Positions 11,711 through 24,160 of a stretch of DNA of 64,000 nt are shown here, piece after piece. Numbering within the stretch: the stretch's first letter is position 1; each line of letters begins with the position of its first letter. The DNA lies in the NCBI GenBank assembly GCA_036172245.1, contig JAYWIR010000030.1:1-64000 (forward strand). Reading direction: 5' to 3'. The stretch comes from Raillietiella orientalis (Eukaryota). The notes beneath the pieces are model-generated. The model worked only from the letters and a program-made list of their open reading frames with translations, made no database searches and was not told the DNA's origin. A program made the translations under genes and the position numbers.

Positions 11711-14700
11711 CTTCATCCTCGTAACAGGGAGATTCGCTCACCACGCACCTGACACTTTCCTTGGAGAATCCTCCCGCCTTCACCTGGTGCAGGAGCTTGC
11801 TGAAGGGCGGCGACCCCAGTGCAAGAGAAGCACCAGGTCGTGTTGCCACCGAGGGGGGAACACGGGAGTGCGCCAGCCTGGGGAAGGAGCGAGCAGTTCT
11901 TCCGAGTACACACCCGAATCTTCCATGCGCCCGCAGTCTTTTCGCGTGGATGCCGGGCGTGGCCACGTTCACCAGCTCCATGGAGAGGCACTCGCCCGGA
12001 AGTTTCTCTTCTGCTGTGATCGTGCAGGAGAGCTGCCATCTTGCCATATGGCGACTGTGGCTGCTTTCTCATAGGGAAGACAGAGCGAGACCACCAGAGG
12101 TGTGGCGGATGAGCGGACTTTTCAAAGGACTTTCCACTCGGATGATTCGGGGCGTTTATTATAATGAAAAAAAAAAAACCAAAACATCAAAAAATAGAGA
12201 ACACGGTTCCTAGGGTGGTGCATGCATATTTGAAAAAAAAAAAGAAGTTCAGCTGTGAAGACTGGCCGACCCTGAAGGGAAAAGAACAAATTGCCTTCAG
12301 CATTTAGAGACTGAGGGAACGGACAAATAAATAAGAGGTGGGTGGGGATGGAAACACCGGGTTTGCTGCCTATCTTCTGAATCTTCCGAGATCTTGGTGA
12401 CTTCCGGTTTCAGGTGAGGCCACCTGCGCGCTTCCCTCAGGTAGGGCCACAGCGATGCAGGCGGTCTCTCGCTGCCGCTGGTGCTGCTTCAGCGAACAGC
12501 GGGACGTGGACACGCCATAGTCTCCGCACAACGTGGCGGGAACGCGATGCACACGAAAGAGTTCCTCTCGCGTGAAGAAACGGGCGCAGGAGATGAATCG
12601 ACGTACTTTGCAGGTGCAGAAGCGTTGAAGAGAGCCGATCGCACGACTGACTGAGGGCTCCGCGATTCATCATCAGGTAGGGGAGCGATTCGATCTCCCT
12701 GCACTCGATACTCCGCTGAAACTTCCCACCTACCACTGGTCACATTTTCCATGCGTTCGCTGCAGGAGAGACCCCGAAGCAAGAACAGCATCACGTCGTG
12801 TTGCCATCGAAGAGGGGGCGACAGAACTGTCGGGACACAGAGGGGAGGGACACGGAGTTCATCCGGGGGCATGCTTAAAATTTCCACCCATCGATGGAGT
12901 CCTCCCGCCTGCCAGCAGGGCGTATTCGCGTCAGCCAGCACCGTCGTGTAGGAGCATTCATTTCCTGCACCGACTTCCGCGACGGTGCAGAACTCCCACC
13001 TCTCGGCAAGGAGGCCGTCGTTTCTTTCCTATGGAGGAGACTGCACGCCGCAGCCGAAAATGTGGAGGATGCGCGAGCCCATGTGGTCGATTCCACGGCG
13101 ATTCTCTGCAGAGACATCCTGCCAAACAGCTGGACAGGTACGAGATGTGCACGTCAATGATGAGCTGGTTCAGAAGGCTGAGATCGGTTTCTGGATGATG
13201 AATTTCTCTTGCTGGAACGGACCACCACCACCTGGAGCACCTTTGGTTCCCTCCTCTCCTTTCCGATCCGTAAAGCTCTGGACAAAATGCCGGCTGCACG
13301 AAGAGCTCCCAAGGACCTATGAGGTCAAGGATTCACCTCAAGGACTTGATGGAGACGCGTCCGGATGCTGAGCTTGACATCGTCCAGCTGGATGAGCTGG
13401 GTCTGAGAGTTCGCTTCGGAAGTACGGTCTTTTGTGCTCCCGTTTCTGTGCACCCGCCCGCTTCATTTGCCGGTGTCGCGCAGGTCACGAAGGCCCAACT
13501 ACAAACGCGCGAGCCCCCAGAGGTGAAGAGGTACGGATATCCTGTGAGGTGAACGTCTTGAACTCTGCGGCGAGGTCGCTGGATCGCCTGCCGTCTGAGG
13601 AACTTCAATGTCTGAAAACAGGAGACCGTGGAAACCTGGTTGTCCACCTTCCAAGAGACCCCAGGAGAACTTTGTGCCTTGCAGGACCTGCGCATCGTTC
13701 GGAAGTGCTGCTGCAGGATTCCAGGAAATGGTCTAGATTGAAAGTCACATCCGATGCTGCAGTACTGTCTGCCGAAACTGGGAGAGGGAAAGATGCGATC
13801 ACAAACAGCGATGCGGGGTTCTTGCATCCTTCGAAAAATGCCGGCGAGCTCCTCTTAATAACCTGGACAATGACTCTACCACCTTGCGATCCAGATTGCT
13901 CTTTTGTCGCGCTGCCCACTGAAAACCGTTCCCGAAGGCGAAAGACGATCCGTCTTCTTTTTGGAAGTGGACGGGATGCTTGGAGCTTGCTCCTCTCCCG
14001 TCTCGGGATGATCCCATATTGCAGCACCTCCGGGATCGGCCGTCAACCTACCGAAGTGTGCATCGTCCATGGGTTACGTGAGGGATTCGTGTTCCCCGCA
14101 TCTGTTCGAGTTGCATCCCCTCCCCCCTTCCCCCCACCGAGTCCAGTGAGATCGGCGGGAGGCTCCAGTGCAGCAGCAGAAGCGCCGATTCGGGGTGCCA
14201 AGGAAACGAGCTGACCGAGCTGAAGGATGCGTTAGAGGACCTCCCTCGTGCCTGCGAGCGGGAGTGATGCATGGCAGGCGGCGGCACCCAACGAGCACTG
14301 CACTTTCCCGAAAGGGCAGAACGTTCTTCTCTCGGAGGTGGACCGCTTGCGCGTGATTCATCTGAAGGACTACCACCGCCCCGGGTCGCGGGACGCGCAA
14401 ACTGCACGGCATCCCTCGAGGAGCGCGCCGTCTGGCGCAGGCGGAACCCCGAAGGTGACGGGGAGGATGGGAAAAGCGCGCCGCGGTGCTCTGCCGGGAA
14501 CCCACCCTCTCCCCTTGCTGCAGGAATGGGACGACGCCCCCGTCTCCCCGCGTAGGGAAGCGGAAGGGACAGGGAGAAGGTTCGCGGTCACTTTGAGGAA
14601 GTGAGGCGCTTCAAGAAACGGTTCTCCTTCATCGCGAGTCGGCGGCGGTCTATCCAGAAGGGCCACACCAGGTTCACCCGCAGGACGGGCCAGGAAGAAC

Positions 14701-17394
14701 GGAAAAGCGCCGAAGGATGCGGAGGAGAGAAAAAGAAGCGAAAAGAAATGCAAACGTTGCAAGCAGAGGAGACGCCCGCGCCCGTAGGCAGCACCGACCG
14801 AGCTTCCCGTTTTCACCCAGTTACTCCGGAGAGGTCGGTTCTTTGAAAACGCTCGTAAACCCGGATGCCAACGGCCACAGGTAGGAGTCCTCGTGTAGCG
14901 TTCACCGACACACAGGTTTTCCATCCGGTTATTCTAGCTGATTTATTATTAAATAGAATAATAAAAATACGGTAACAAAAATTACAGGAAGGTGGTAGAA
15001 CGCGTGGTTCTACCACGTGCACCGAAACAAGCAAATTCCCGGTGCTCAGACAGGCGAAGTCCACTTCGGCAGCGATGGTTTAAAGAACAACAAAAATCAA
15101 ACAAACGAAAAAAGGAGGGAGAGTTTTTCCCGGGACAGGAAAGCGGAGGAAGGGATTCCTCCGTGTTGAGAGGCGTCCTCTGCATCTCGCTCAGGATGCT
15201 GACAAGTGCTGTTTTTAAGTTGTCCACATAAGGCCATCTGGTGACGGTCCTTAAAAAGATTCTCGCTTGGTAGATGGAGCCTCTCCCATTCTGGCCTCTT
15301 ATTCCTGCGTTCCAGGTCGTCACTTCCCCGCTGAAGGCAACAGAGGACTGCGAGGGACGCACCTGGAGGCAGTGCAGCCCGCACGAAGACGTGCCGGGAA
15401 ATGCCTCTGGGTTAGCCCTGCGCAGTTCCTAGGATGGATCGTCGAGAGACGATTCCAAAGGGGTCGAAGGGAAGAGCAGTCTGTCAATAAGTGCGCGAAA
15501 GACTGGCTTCTGGCCGCACTTCGCACAATGCGCATCGACACTCCCCCCCTCGTGTACACCGATGGAGGCGCTCTTGGTGCAGGATCCCCCCATGCAACAC
15601 CAGCAACGCCACCTCCTGCCACTTGAGAGGAAGAGCGCCACCGTTCCAGAATGCCAAGGGCCACTTCACCTCTGACGGAGGTATCGCCCCAGCGTAGAAG
15701 TCCTTGTGGTGAGACACTCGCGGTTGCCGCGTCCGTCACCTACCGAGTTGTCCACCCACCCAGAAGTTTCTTTCGTATTGCAGTACAGCAGGTGACTTCC
15801 AGCTTGCCGGATTGTCACTGTCCCTAGCGTTCACTGAGGCAAGGGGAGTAGACGAGACCCACCGCATCTTGCGTGAGCTGCACAACATCTCCCGCAGAGA
15901 CTGACGAGCTGGTCGACCCCCCCGCAGGCAGGCGTGCTCCGCATCGCTCGAGCCTTTAATCTTCCCCCACGCGTCAACTGACTCCTGAAGCCAGGCAATA
16001 CGGTTTGCGAGCAGGGGCACAACGTCCAAATGTTCTCCTCTACCAAGGTAATATTCTGTCGAAGTTGATAGTCGCACGATGAGGCTTCATGTTAAGCATC
16101 GCAGTCGGTCCGTTGCGGCCGGATGCTCACTTGGCGAGGGGACGCGCTGGCGCGCACCAAGGCGTCGTCCGCAACGTTGCGTCAAGGACAACTCTTGGAA
16201 CTTGGAGCCGACGCCCAGCTCGCGCCAGCGTCACCTTTCAAGCACGTCGGATGAGGAAGACGGCTCTGGAGAGACATCCATTCCACTGAACCCATACTCA
16301 GGTCGGACAGAAAGGACAGAGCGGAAACATGAATAAATTGAATAAAAGAAAAAGGGAGCGAGAGAAAGCCGTTCTTTCTTTGCAGCCTCCCCGAGATGTG
16401 AGCAGGTTCCCTGGATACGTCTTAGTGGTACAAGTGGGGACCACCTTCGCCACAATCCCCGCAAAGGCGGACGCAAGGCGAGCCGGGTAACCGATCGTCG
16501 CCCATCTCCGCTCCAGAAAATGGGCGGCGCGTAAGCCACCACTCAGCAGACGAAGCCCATGTTAGCCGAGATCGTTTCCTAGGATACGCTTCTTCCCAAA
16601 ATAGAAGAAAAAGACAAAGAAGCTGAAGGGATTTACTCAACCCGAAGTTCATCCTGAGCTCTGGAAGCTCACACTTCCTCCTTGGCAACCATGCCGTCTC
16701 AACAGACGTGGATGGTATGCGGTGTGGGGGCAGCGGCCACCCTCTGCATCATGAGGAAGGAGGTAGGTGCACCTGCCTGAGGATTCTCCAAGTTTCCTGC
16801 GTCCGTCTCCAGATTGCAGGGCTGGTGGCGCTCCCCCGGATGCGGATCTCGAAGAAAAACAGCAGCCGGGCTGCGTGGTGTCGGGGGCCACCACGTGCCC
16901 GTCCTGCATCTTCCCAGGGGAGTCGAGGGATTGCGAGCACGCCTCCGAGCCATCTCTCGTGTTGGCTGAGGTTAGGTAAGCTCGTGGGTAAGCTGAGGGA
17001 TCTGCATACGGCAACCGAGACTTTTCGTTTCCCGGAATCGGAGGCGTGGCGCTGGATGTCCAGAAAGTAAAAGCATTCCCATCTGGACGCAAGAAAGGCC
17101 GTTCCAGAAACATAAAGCCAAACCAGGAGGGATGCCTGTTGCTTTTTGAGGACTCCAGCTGGAACAAAGGACGAAGGGATGGGAATGAGGATGAAGGGAA
17201 GGCATCCGGAAATCAACCCCAGAAGAGAAAGTCGAGGGAGCACGCGCAAGATGGTGAAAGAAGACGGAAAAGAGAAGGCAGATGGCAACGTGACCTTCGT
17301 AGTCGATTGGCTGACGACGTTTCGGTTTACGAGGCTTCCTGCGCACTTCGCACGCTGTCTGCGGCACAGCCTGCGAAATGAAGGCGCCCGTTGC
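10882..17394 (-). repeat. Right arm of the 6.5-kb inverted repeat (segment A reversed)
   Basis: Reverse complement of 1-6515 with scattered substitutions and a few indel clusters (e.g. ~11430-11500, ~14925-14945). Confidence 0.97.
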
Positions 17395-20300
17395 GACCTG
17401 ACTTTAGCGGGCGTCGGCGACAGTCGGCGCGGGAACTGCAAAGAAGGCATCCTTCATGACGCATGAGAAGCTCTTAAAGGGGGGGGAGGGCGCTGGAGGG
17501 AAACGAGGAGGTGCAAGCGGAGGGAAGAAGATAGGAGTGCGAGAACAGTGTGCGGAAACAACCCTGGACACCGGTGTTCGAACGATGCAGACTTTGTTGA
17601 GCTTGTCGAATCCTCACGTCCAACTGGACGCCAGCCACGTCTCTGAGAAAGGATGCGGACTCGTCGAAGAAGACGAACGACCGGGAGTGGCGCCTGTCGC
17701 TCAGCGGGATCATCGACAGCAATCGGAGAGTAGAAAAAGCGCGGATGTTCGCGGACGGTGGTGCATAACAGTGACCTAGCGTGTCGCGCGCAAATCTGTG
17801 CGTCGAGCACCAGCTGCCGGTGAGTTGCCCTTCGGCGACCAATCGCCTCCGATTTGCTCTGCATCCACCATTGCAGCGAGGTGAGAGGCAACGCAAACCT
17901 CCTAAAGAGGCTTCTCTTTAGCAACAAAAACCCAACCCGCCTTTCTCCCCGTTGCTTCCGCGACAGTTCCCACGTACCCGCAGTCGTGCAAGCTTCACGC
18001 CATGCGGTTCCTGGAACCTTGCGTGGCTGCTTCCTCCGCTCCTGGTCCAGAGCTTCCGTTGTTGAGGATTTCCTCCCTGTGATGGAGAAGAGTTGAACGT
18101 TTTCGATCATCCTGTCCATTGTCTTCCATAAAGGATTGTGCATAACCCCACGATTCCAAGAGACTCCTGTCCTCCCATTTCAAAATTCTGTTTCCAATCA
18201 ATTGAGAAACACTGCAACGTTTCCATGGTTCCCATTTTCCCCGGAAGAAAGCAACACCGAGGAGAAGTGACTCTTTGTGTTCCTCCCGGCTAGTGCGATG
18301 GCGAACGGTTAGCTCTACCTCCTTTCTGGAATTAAAAAAGAAAAGGCAACCAACCTTCCTGCAACCAAGAGACGGGATTTGGGGTCGTGCGCAGCGCTGA
18401 ACAACATCCTTCTTTTCGTCGGAAGAGCGAAAGTGAGCAGGAATGTTTGCCTTTCCCACGGACATGCAATGCAAGCGCTGCGATGCCAGTTCTGCCAGTG
18501 TAGCCGCACGTCAATACCTTCGCAATGGCGTGCACAATTCCGACGCCAGTGGACGAAGCATCCGGTTTTCCTGATTGCAGAAGGACGTAGGCGGTCAGGG
18601 GGGGCACCGCTCGCCCCAACGAAAAGACATCAACAGCGTGGGGTCGCTTTTTTCAGCGGTTGCCCATCGTGATTCCATTTTTTCAAAGCGGTTGACCTAA
18701 TCCGCGAAGAGCAATCCAGATGAGGAACTGAGGGCAGAGCACGCACGAGAGCAAACTGTCCACTGTGAAAGAGGGAACTCCGTTTTCCACTGACATGGGG
18801 TTGCATCGCCTTTTTCTTGTGGTGGAACGATGAGAGGAAGGTTGTAGTCCAAGGTTTCCTGCAACACTTCTCGGAGGTGAGATTTGCGAGGACGCAATAC
18901 CGCCATCCACCTGCACCGAAGCGAGGTGAACACACGACGGCACCTGAAGTCGCCAATGGAAAATTGGAGAGAACTTTGTTGCTATGGATTACGCGGTATT
19001 TGCACCAAAAGTCGACCATCCAGCACGGAAGCAGCCTTTAATTCTTCCCTCCTTTGTACTTCCGCCCCCCTCCGCTACTGGCCTCTTTCCTCCTACGAAT
19101 ACGCTTTTTCGTTTTGGAAAGGACGCGGCCCCTGCTTCAGACTCCTTTCTATGCGTTTCCTATCAGCACACTTGGAAGCGTCCTTTCAGACATCCGTAAT
19201 CTTTCATGTTGAAATGGGCACGACTTGGCCACAGACCACCCTTTCCAGACATGATGCACAAAATTCAATGGGTGCATTAGTGCACGAGGAACCGAAACAC
19301 CAGAAGAAACAACATGACCGCAGTCGACTGCTGACTTGCTTACGGAAACCGATCGCGATGGATTCAGGCGGAAATGCAGTCGCCAAGCGCAACTCGCGAA
19401 ATGGATATTTGTGGTTGCTGTGCGCCATTGCAAACAGCCACGTGACAGCGACTCATGAGGAAACCTCGCTCTCCACATGACACCGTCATGAAGCTGAGTA
19501 GAATGAGCGGCGAATGGGAGTGCACCCGCAGGAAGATTGCGGTATCCCGAAGCTTTTCAGCGTCTCCTCGTATCCGCAACCACTGAAGTTTCCCCATGGC
19601 TGCAGAATTCGCTCCGTGTTCTTGAGAAAGATTCATGAAGGAAGCAAGAGTAGCTGTGAACAGTGGAATACGAAAAGTGTTCTTCTTGTACCTTCTGTAT
19701 TTTGTAAGGTGGGATAATAAAAAAGTCTCGAGCAAATCCTCGCGCTAAAAGAATTGTGGGAAGGGAATAGAGCAACATTCTTCAGTAATTGAGAAAACTG
19801 GGTAGGCAACAAAAAGAGGGAAGCAGGGGATGAAACTGCTCTGATAATGAAGACGCGGAAAAAGGAAGGGGGATGAAAAAGCGGGAGAAAATAGGGGTAC
19901 GATGAGAGACCTAGGAATCAAGTTAAGAAGGTGATGAAGAAAGGGAGGCTGGTCGTTGGAAGGAGAAAAAGCGACAGGCAGAGCGAAAGAAGATGGCGGA
20001 ACGAAGGAAACGATCAGAATGGTTTGGCAAGAAGGGGAAAAGAAGGGGAAAACAGGGAAGAGCCTTCCGAGATTTCGGGTGTCCGGAAGCCACGGTATTA
20101 GTTTTTGCTTTCGCTCTTCTTGCATCCTAGATGGGAATCCTTGAGCATCGACATCGCCACGCAAATGGGCAGCGCGTAACTCACCAGTGCCACTCGGCAG
20201 ACGAAGCCCACGTTAGCCGAGATCGTTTCCTAGGATACGCTCCATTCCAAAAAAAAAAAAGAAAAGGACCGAGAAGCTGAAGGGATTTCCTCCACGCGAA

Positions 20301-21194
20301 ATTGATCCTGTGCTCTGCCAGCTCCTATTTCCTGCTTGGAAGCCATGCCGTCTCTCAAGACCTGGCTGGCGTGCGGTGTGGGGGCAGCAGCCACCCTCTG
20401 CATCTTGAGGAAGGAGGTAGGTGCACGTGCCTGGGGATTCTCGAACTTTGCTGCGTCCGTTTCCAGATCGCAGGGCTGATCGCGCACACCTGGAGGCGCT
20501 CCCCGATGCGGACCTCAAAGAGGAAGCCACATAGGCCGGGCTGTGTGGTGGCCGGGGGGCACCACACGTCCGTCCCGCATCTTCCCATGGAGTGGGAGGG
20601 TTGCGTGCACGCCTCCGAGCCACCTCTCGTGGTGGTGTGGGTGTCTCGAGGGAGTGGCATGCGGGCAAGTCAGACTTTTCGTTTTCAGGAATCGGAGGCG
20701 TGGCGCCGGATGACGGGAAAGTGAGAAAGTTCCCATCTGGACGGACGGGGGGCCGTTCCAGAGAAGAATAAAACAAAACCAGGAAAGATGCGTTTTAGAG
20801 AATCGGACTGGCACAAGGGAGGAAGGGGTGGAAACGGGAAGGAAAGGGGGCAAAAGAAAGAAAGGCAAAGAAAAGTGACTCGGAAGACAGAGAGATGGCG
20901 GCGGCGGCGGAGGAATCGAACGTGAAAAAAAGCAGGTGAGCAGGAGGAAGGAAGGGAGCTGACTGACGACCGGAGGGGAGGGAGCAGACAAACGGGATGA
21001 GTCAACCGAAGAAGGTGGAAAAAAGTGAAAAGCGGCAAACCAAGATGTGGGACGAAGAAGCAGTTGCCTTGAAGACGAAGATGGTGTTGACAGGAACGGA
21101 AAACGAAAGGAAGACGGACAAAAAAAGGATTTTTTCGCGAAGACTAAGCCTCCGGTTTTTACAAATTTCAGGGGTTGAAAAGTCAGACGAGCAC
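17394..21194 (+). repeat. Segment B, second copy
   Basis: Direct repeat of 6521-10320. Similarity ends at AGTCAGACGAGCAC, after which unique AT-rich sequence begins. Confidence 0.96.
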
Positions 21195-21603
21195 AATGAT
21201 GAAAATTAGCACGAGTGCACTGCATTGCATTCTTTAATTGAACTGAAGCGCACTACTCGTTCGGTTTTGTTTTCAAATTAGTTCCTTTCTGCATACTGCT
21301 CATCCGTCAATGGTAGAAGAGTAGTGCAATGAACGCATGGAGCTCTTGCCATTGACGAAGAATGGGGATCATGAACCTGATAATTTACTTAGTAGTTTAG
21401 TAGGAGCTCGCACTTGTAATTGGCAAAATGTAGACCGATCTGTAAATGGATCTCTCCGGTGTTCATTTATGCTGTTTCCAAGTAAAGAATAAGTTAAATT
21501 CTATTATTTACTTCAAACAAGGCATGAAGAAATATCTTTGTTTTCGCCATCATAACTTCATGCACAGCCGTATTAAAGTAATATAATCTGCAATAAAATC
21601 CAC

Positions 21604-22980
21604 TTATTTGGATAAATCGACATCACCCCACTTCATCTGTTGCCAGTCCAAACCAATCGCATTTTCATCGGTGGAAGTTTTAGGTAACAATTTTTCAGCA
21701 TGAGCCCATGGTAAATACTTGGAACAGAGCTGGAAAAAATCCCACTTGGATTTTATGAAGCCTTTCTCATATAACAGTCTAATGGCATCTACTGGTTGAA
21801 TGTCAAGTCGACAGTCTTCAAGTGCATATTGCATCATACTGTTCAACCCATTTAAGCACATTTTATGTATAACTTCCACCAAAAGATTCAAAGCATCTTT
21901 ATCCAAATGTAACTCTGAAGCTAAATCGGCAATAAATGACTTTGTGAATGTTTTTAGCATATGTGCCTTCAAAAAAGTAAATGTATCAAATTCATCATCA
22001 TCAGATCTTTTCTTGGAAGCTTTCCTGGAAGATTTGATGGTAGTTGCAAGTTTATTCCTCTTCCTTACATCAACTGACAGCTGTGGGTTAGTGAGGTTAT
22101 TGGACTTCACCTGCAGCACAGTCTTCTCTTTTGTCTTTCTTGCTGGTGATCTCAATTTGGCATCCATCTGAACCAGTGTGGATCCTGCACTTCCAATACT
22201 TGCAAATTCGGTGGAGTTTCGTGCAATATGAACACTTGAAGCAGCTAACGTTTCTGATTCTTCAAAAAGGAAATGCTGAGATGCAACTGAAGAATGAAGT
22301 GCTTTCGATTTTGGGGGATTTGGGTGTTCCTGTGCAACACTTGACCTTTGGGAGGCAGGACTTCTCACCAATGTATCAAGATGGCTTTTCTGGGAAAAGT
22401 CAGCTGCACGTTCAGCCTCTGAATGAACTGATTGTCTGGTAAAATAATGACTTTGCTTGGTGGGTTCGGAAAAGTCTTTTGGAGACTGGCATTTCACATC
22501 TAGCATAGATGCTGAACTTCTGGATCTTTTCATTTTTTCAACAATGCTTAAAAAATCAGTGTTAGTTACACAAGAAATGTTGGGAGAATGTGAAGAAGGA
22601 ATACGTGACTTTGTTATGGAAGAGGTTTCACAGGATTGGGGTGTGATCAGGTCTGCAGAATACGCATCAAATCTCAATGCCTTTCCGGCCTTCAAGGGGG
22701 TTATGCTTCCCATCTCACTAATGTCAACGGTGGAAGAGTAATTGGAGGACATGCTTTCCATTGGAAGTGGAACGTATCTTTCAATTTCTACTCTTGGTGA
22801 GTAGGCCAGCGGATAGCGAATTGCATCCATCTCTTTCAACATTTTCTCGTCTTCGTTCTCAATGAGGGATACATCTACCTGGACGTTACTATCCCCAGTC
22901 TCCTGACTTGAACTGCTAGAAGCTCTCGGGGACTTTGCCGGGATTGAGGCGGCTTTCTCCATGGAAAATTTCTTGCCCAT
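21604..22980 (-). CDS. CENPT: Intronless 458-aa CENP-T-like kinetochore protein: long Ser-rich N-terminus, C-terminal histone fold with CENP-T extension
   Basis: Longest ORF in the window, ATG in AAAATGG context. The C-terminus LDKDALNLL...QYA...R.DIQPVDAIRLLYEKGFI...FFQLCSKYLP...KLLP follows the CENP-T_C pattern (KEAL...YAxHAGRKTIxxxDxxLLMxRQG...LxxxYLPxE..xLIP). Eight S/T-P sites lie in the N-terminal tail, with a basic patch before the fold. Confidence 0.8.
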   Translation of the reverse strand: MGKKFSMEKAASIPAKSPRASSSSSQETGDSNVQVDVSLIENEDEKMLKEMDAIRYPLAYSPRVEIERYVPLPMESMSSNYSSTVDISEMGSITPLKAGKALRFDAYSADLITPQSCETSSITKSRIPSSHSPNISCVTNTDFLSIVEKMKRSRSSASMLDVKCQSPKDFSEPTKQSHYFTRQSVHSEAERAADFSQKSHLDTLVRSPASQRSSVAQEHPNPPKSKALHSSVASQHFLFEESETLAASSVHIARNSTEFASIGSAGSTLVQMDAKLRSPARKTKEKTVLQVKSNNLTNPQLSVDVRKRNKLATTIKSSRKASKKRSDDDEFDTFTFLKAHMLKTFTKSFIADLASELHLDKDALNLLVEVIHKMCLNGLNSMMQYALEDCRLDIQPVDAIRLLYEKGFIKSKWDFFQLCSKYLPWAHAEKLLPKTSTDENAIGLDWQQMKWGDVDLSK

Positions 22981-24160
22981 TTTGTTTTACAAGGTTGTTC
23001 TTTCCGGGAAAAAAAAAGTTACTTCCGTCCACAACAACAATCTTCAACGCAAACTTTCTTCGAGATCACTAACAAGCGACATACCACTTTCACATCCACT
23101 ACTAAATCAACACACGAAAGGGGCAAGCAAAAACAGGGCATTCACAATGCACGAATCAAGCAGTGATGAATTCGTTTTGTCGTGTCAGAATCAAATACAC
23201 ACCTCCCAAAAGATATTTCAATTCCCGCACTTCTTTTTCTGGCAATTTCACAGGTGCCACCTTATTTCAAATAAAAGTTGCACCAATTGCTATTTTTTTT
23301 GGCTTGTTCTTTCACTTTCACAACGACAAGTTCACTTTTCGTGTTTATTCTGTTTTTTCATAGAAGTGAGGAAGAAAAATCGAAATCTTAACGGGATAGG
23401 CAAATGTGCGAAATATTCGTCATTCAATTGAAAATCAGTCAGTCTCGGGTGTTTCATTGAATGCGTTCGACTCAAAGAATGTTTTGCGCAACTACTTTTT
23501 ATCCAAACGTCATTTTCAATTGCTAATTTCAGTGAGCAAAATCATGAACGAATGACTAGATATACGGAAATTGACAATTATAAAGCGGCTCCAACTAAAG
23601 TATTCTACTAAAGAAAATGCGATCTTTCAAATAAAAATTCAACGTTATAGTACACTAAATATTTATGCGTAAGAAATATTTACAAAAAAAGGTCAAAATA
23701 GTCCGACGTTTGACTACAGAGGCCATTTGCACTTGTAGCCTTGGAAGTTTCCTTTGAATCTGATGGAGCAGAGAGCAGCAGTCTGGCAATTGAATAGATG
23801 CGAAATACTATGCATAGAAAGTCAGATCCGTGATGTTGAAGACGCGCGAGCTGTTCTCCTTGTTTTTGTACGGTATAAGAGAAAGCATTCTGGGGAGGTT
23901 ACCCGAAAATGTGCCACTCGTAAAAGCAATATGATGCCATGAAAAGCGCATCAACAAGCAGTTTTAAAAGGAAAATATGACGAATAGAGGAATTTCTGGA
24001 ACGCATGCATTATGGAAATAAGGAACTCTGAGTTGAAAATGTTGAAGGGTTGTATCATTCGTGCTTAGAAATTGAGAAATGACAAAGCTTATGTTTGTGT
24101 AAATTGATGGAAAACTTCAGGGAGTCTCGTGACCAATCTTACAAACCCAATTCGGTTAGT

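Noticed and set aside
6521..21194. Segment B copies as LTRs of a single giant LTR element
   Set aside because: No TG...CA ends, PBS, PPT or gag-pol interior. The repeats consist of non-LTR debris and fit a tandem duplication better.
1..21225. Numerous 60-320 aa ORFs in the track (e.g. 9346..10320, 3131..3988, 6581..7324) as host genes
   Set aside because: They overlap on all frames in GC-rich transposon debris, change or break between near-identical repeat copies, and contain only broken retroelement motifs.
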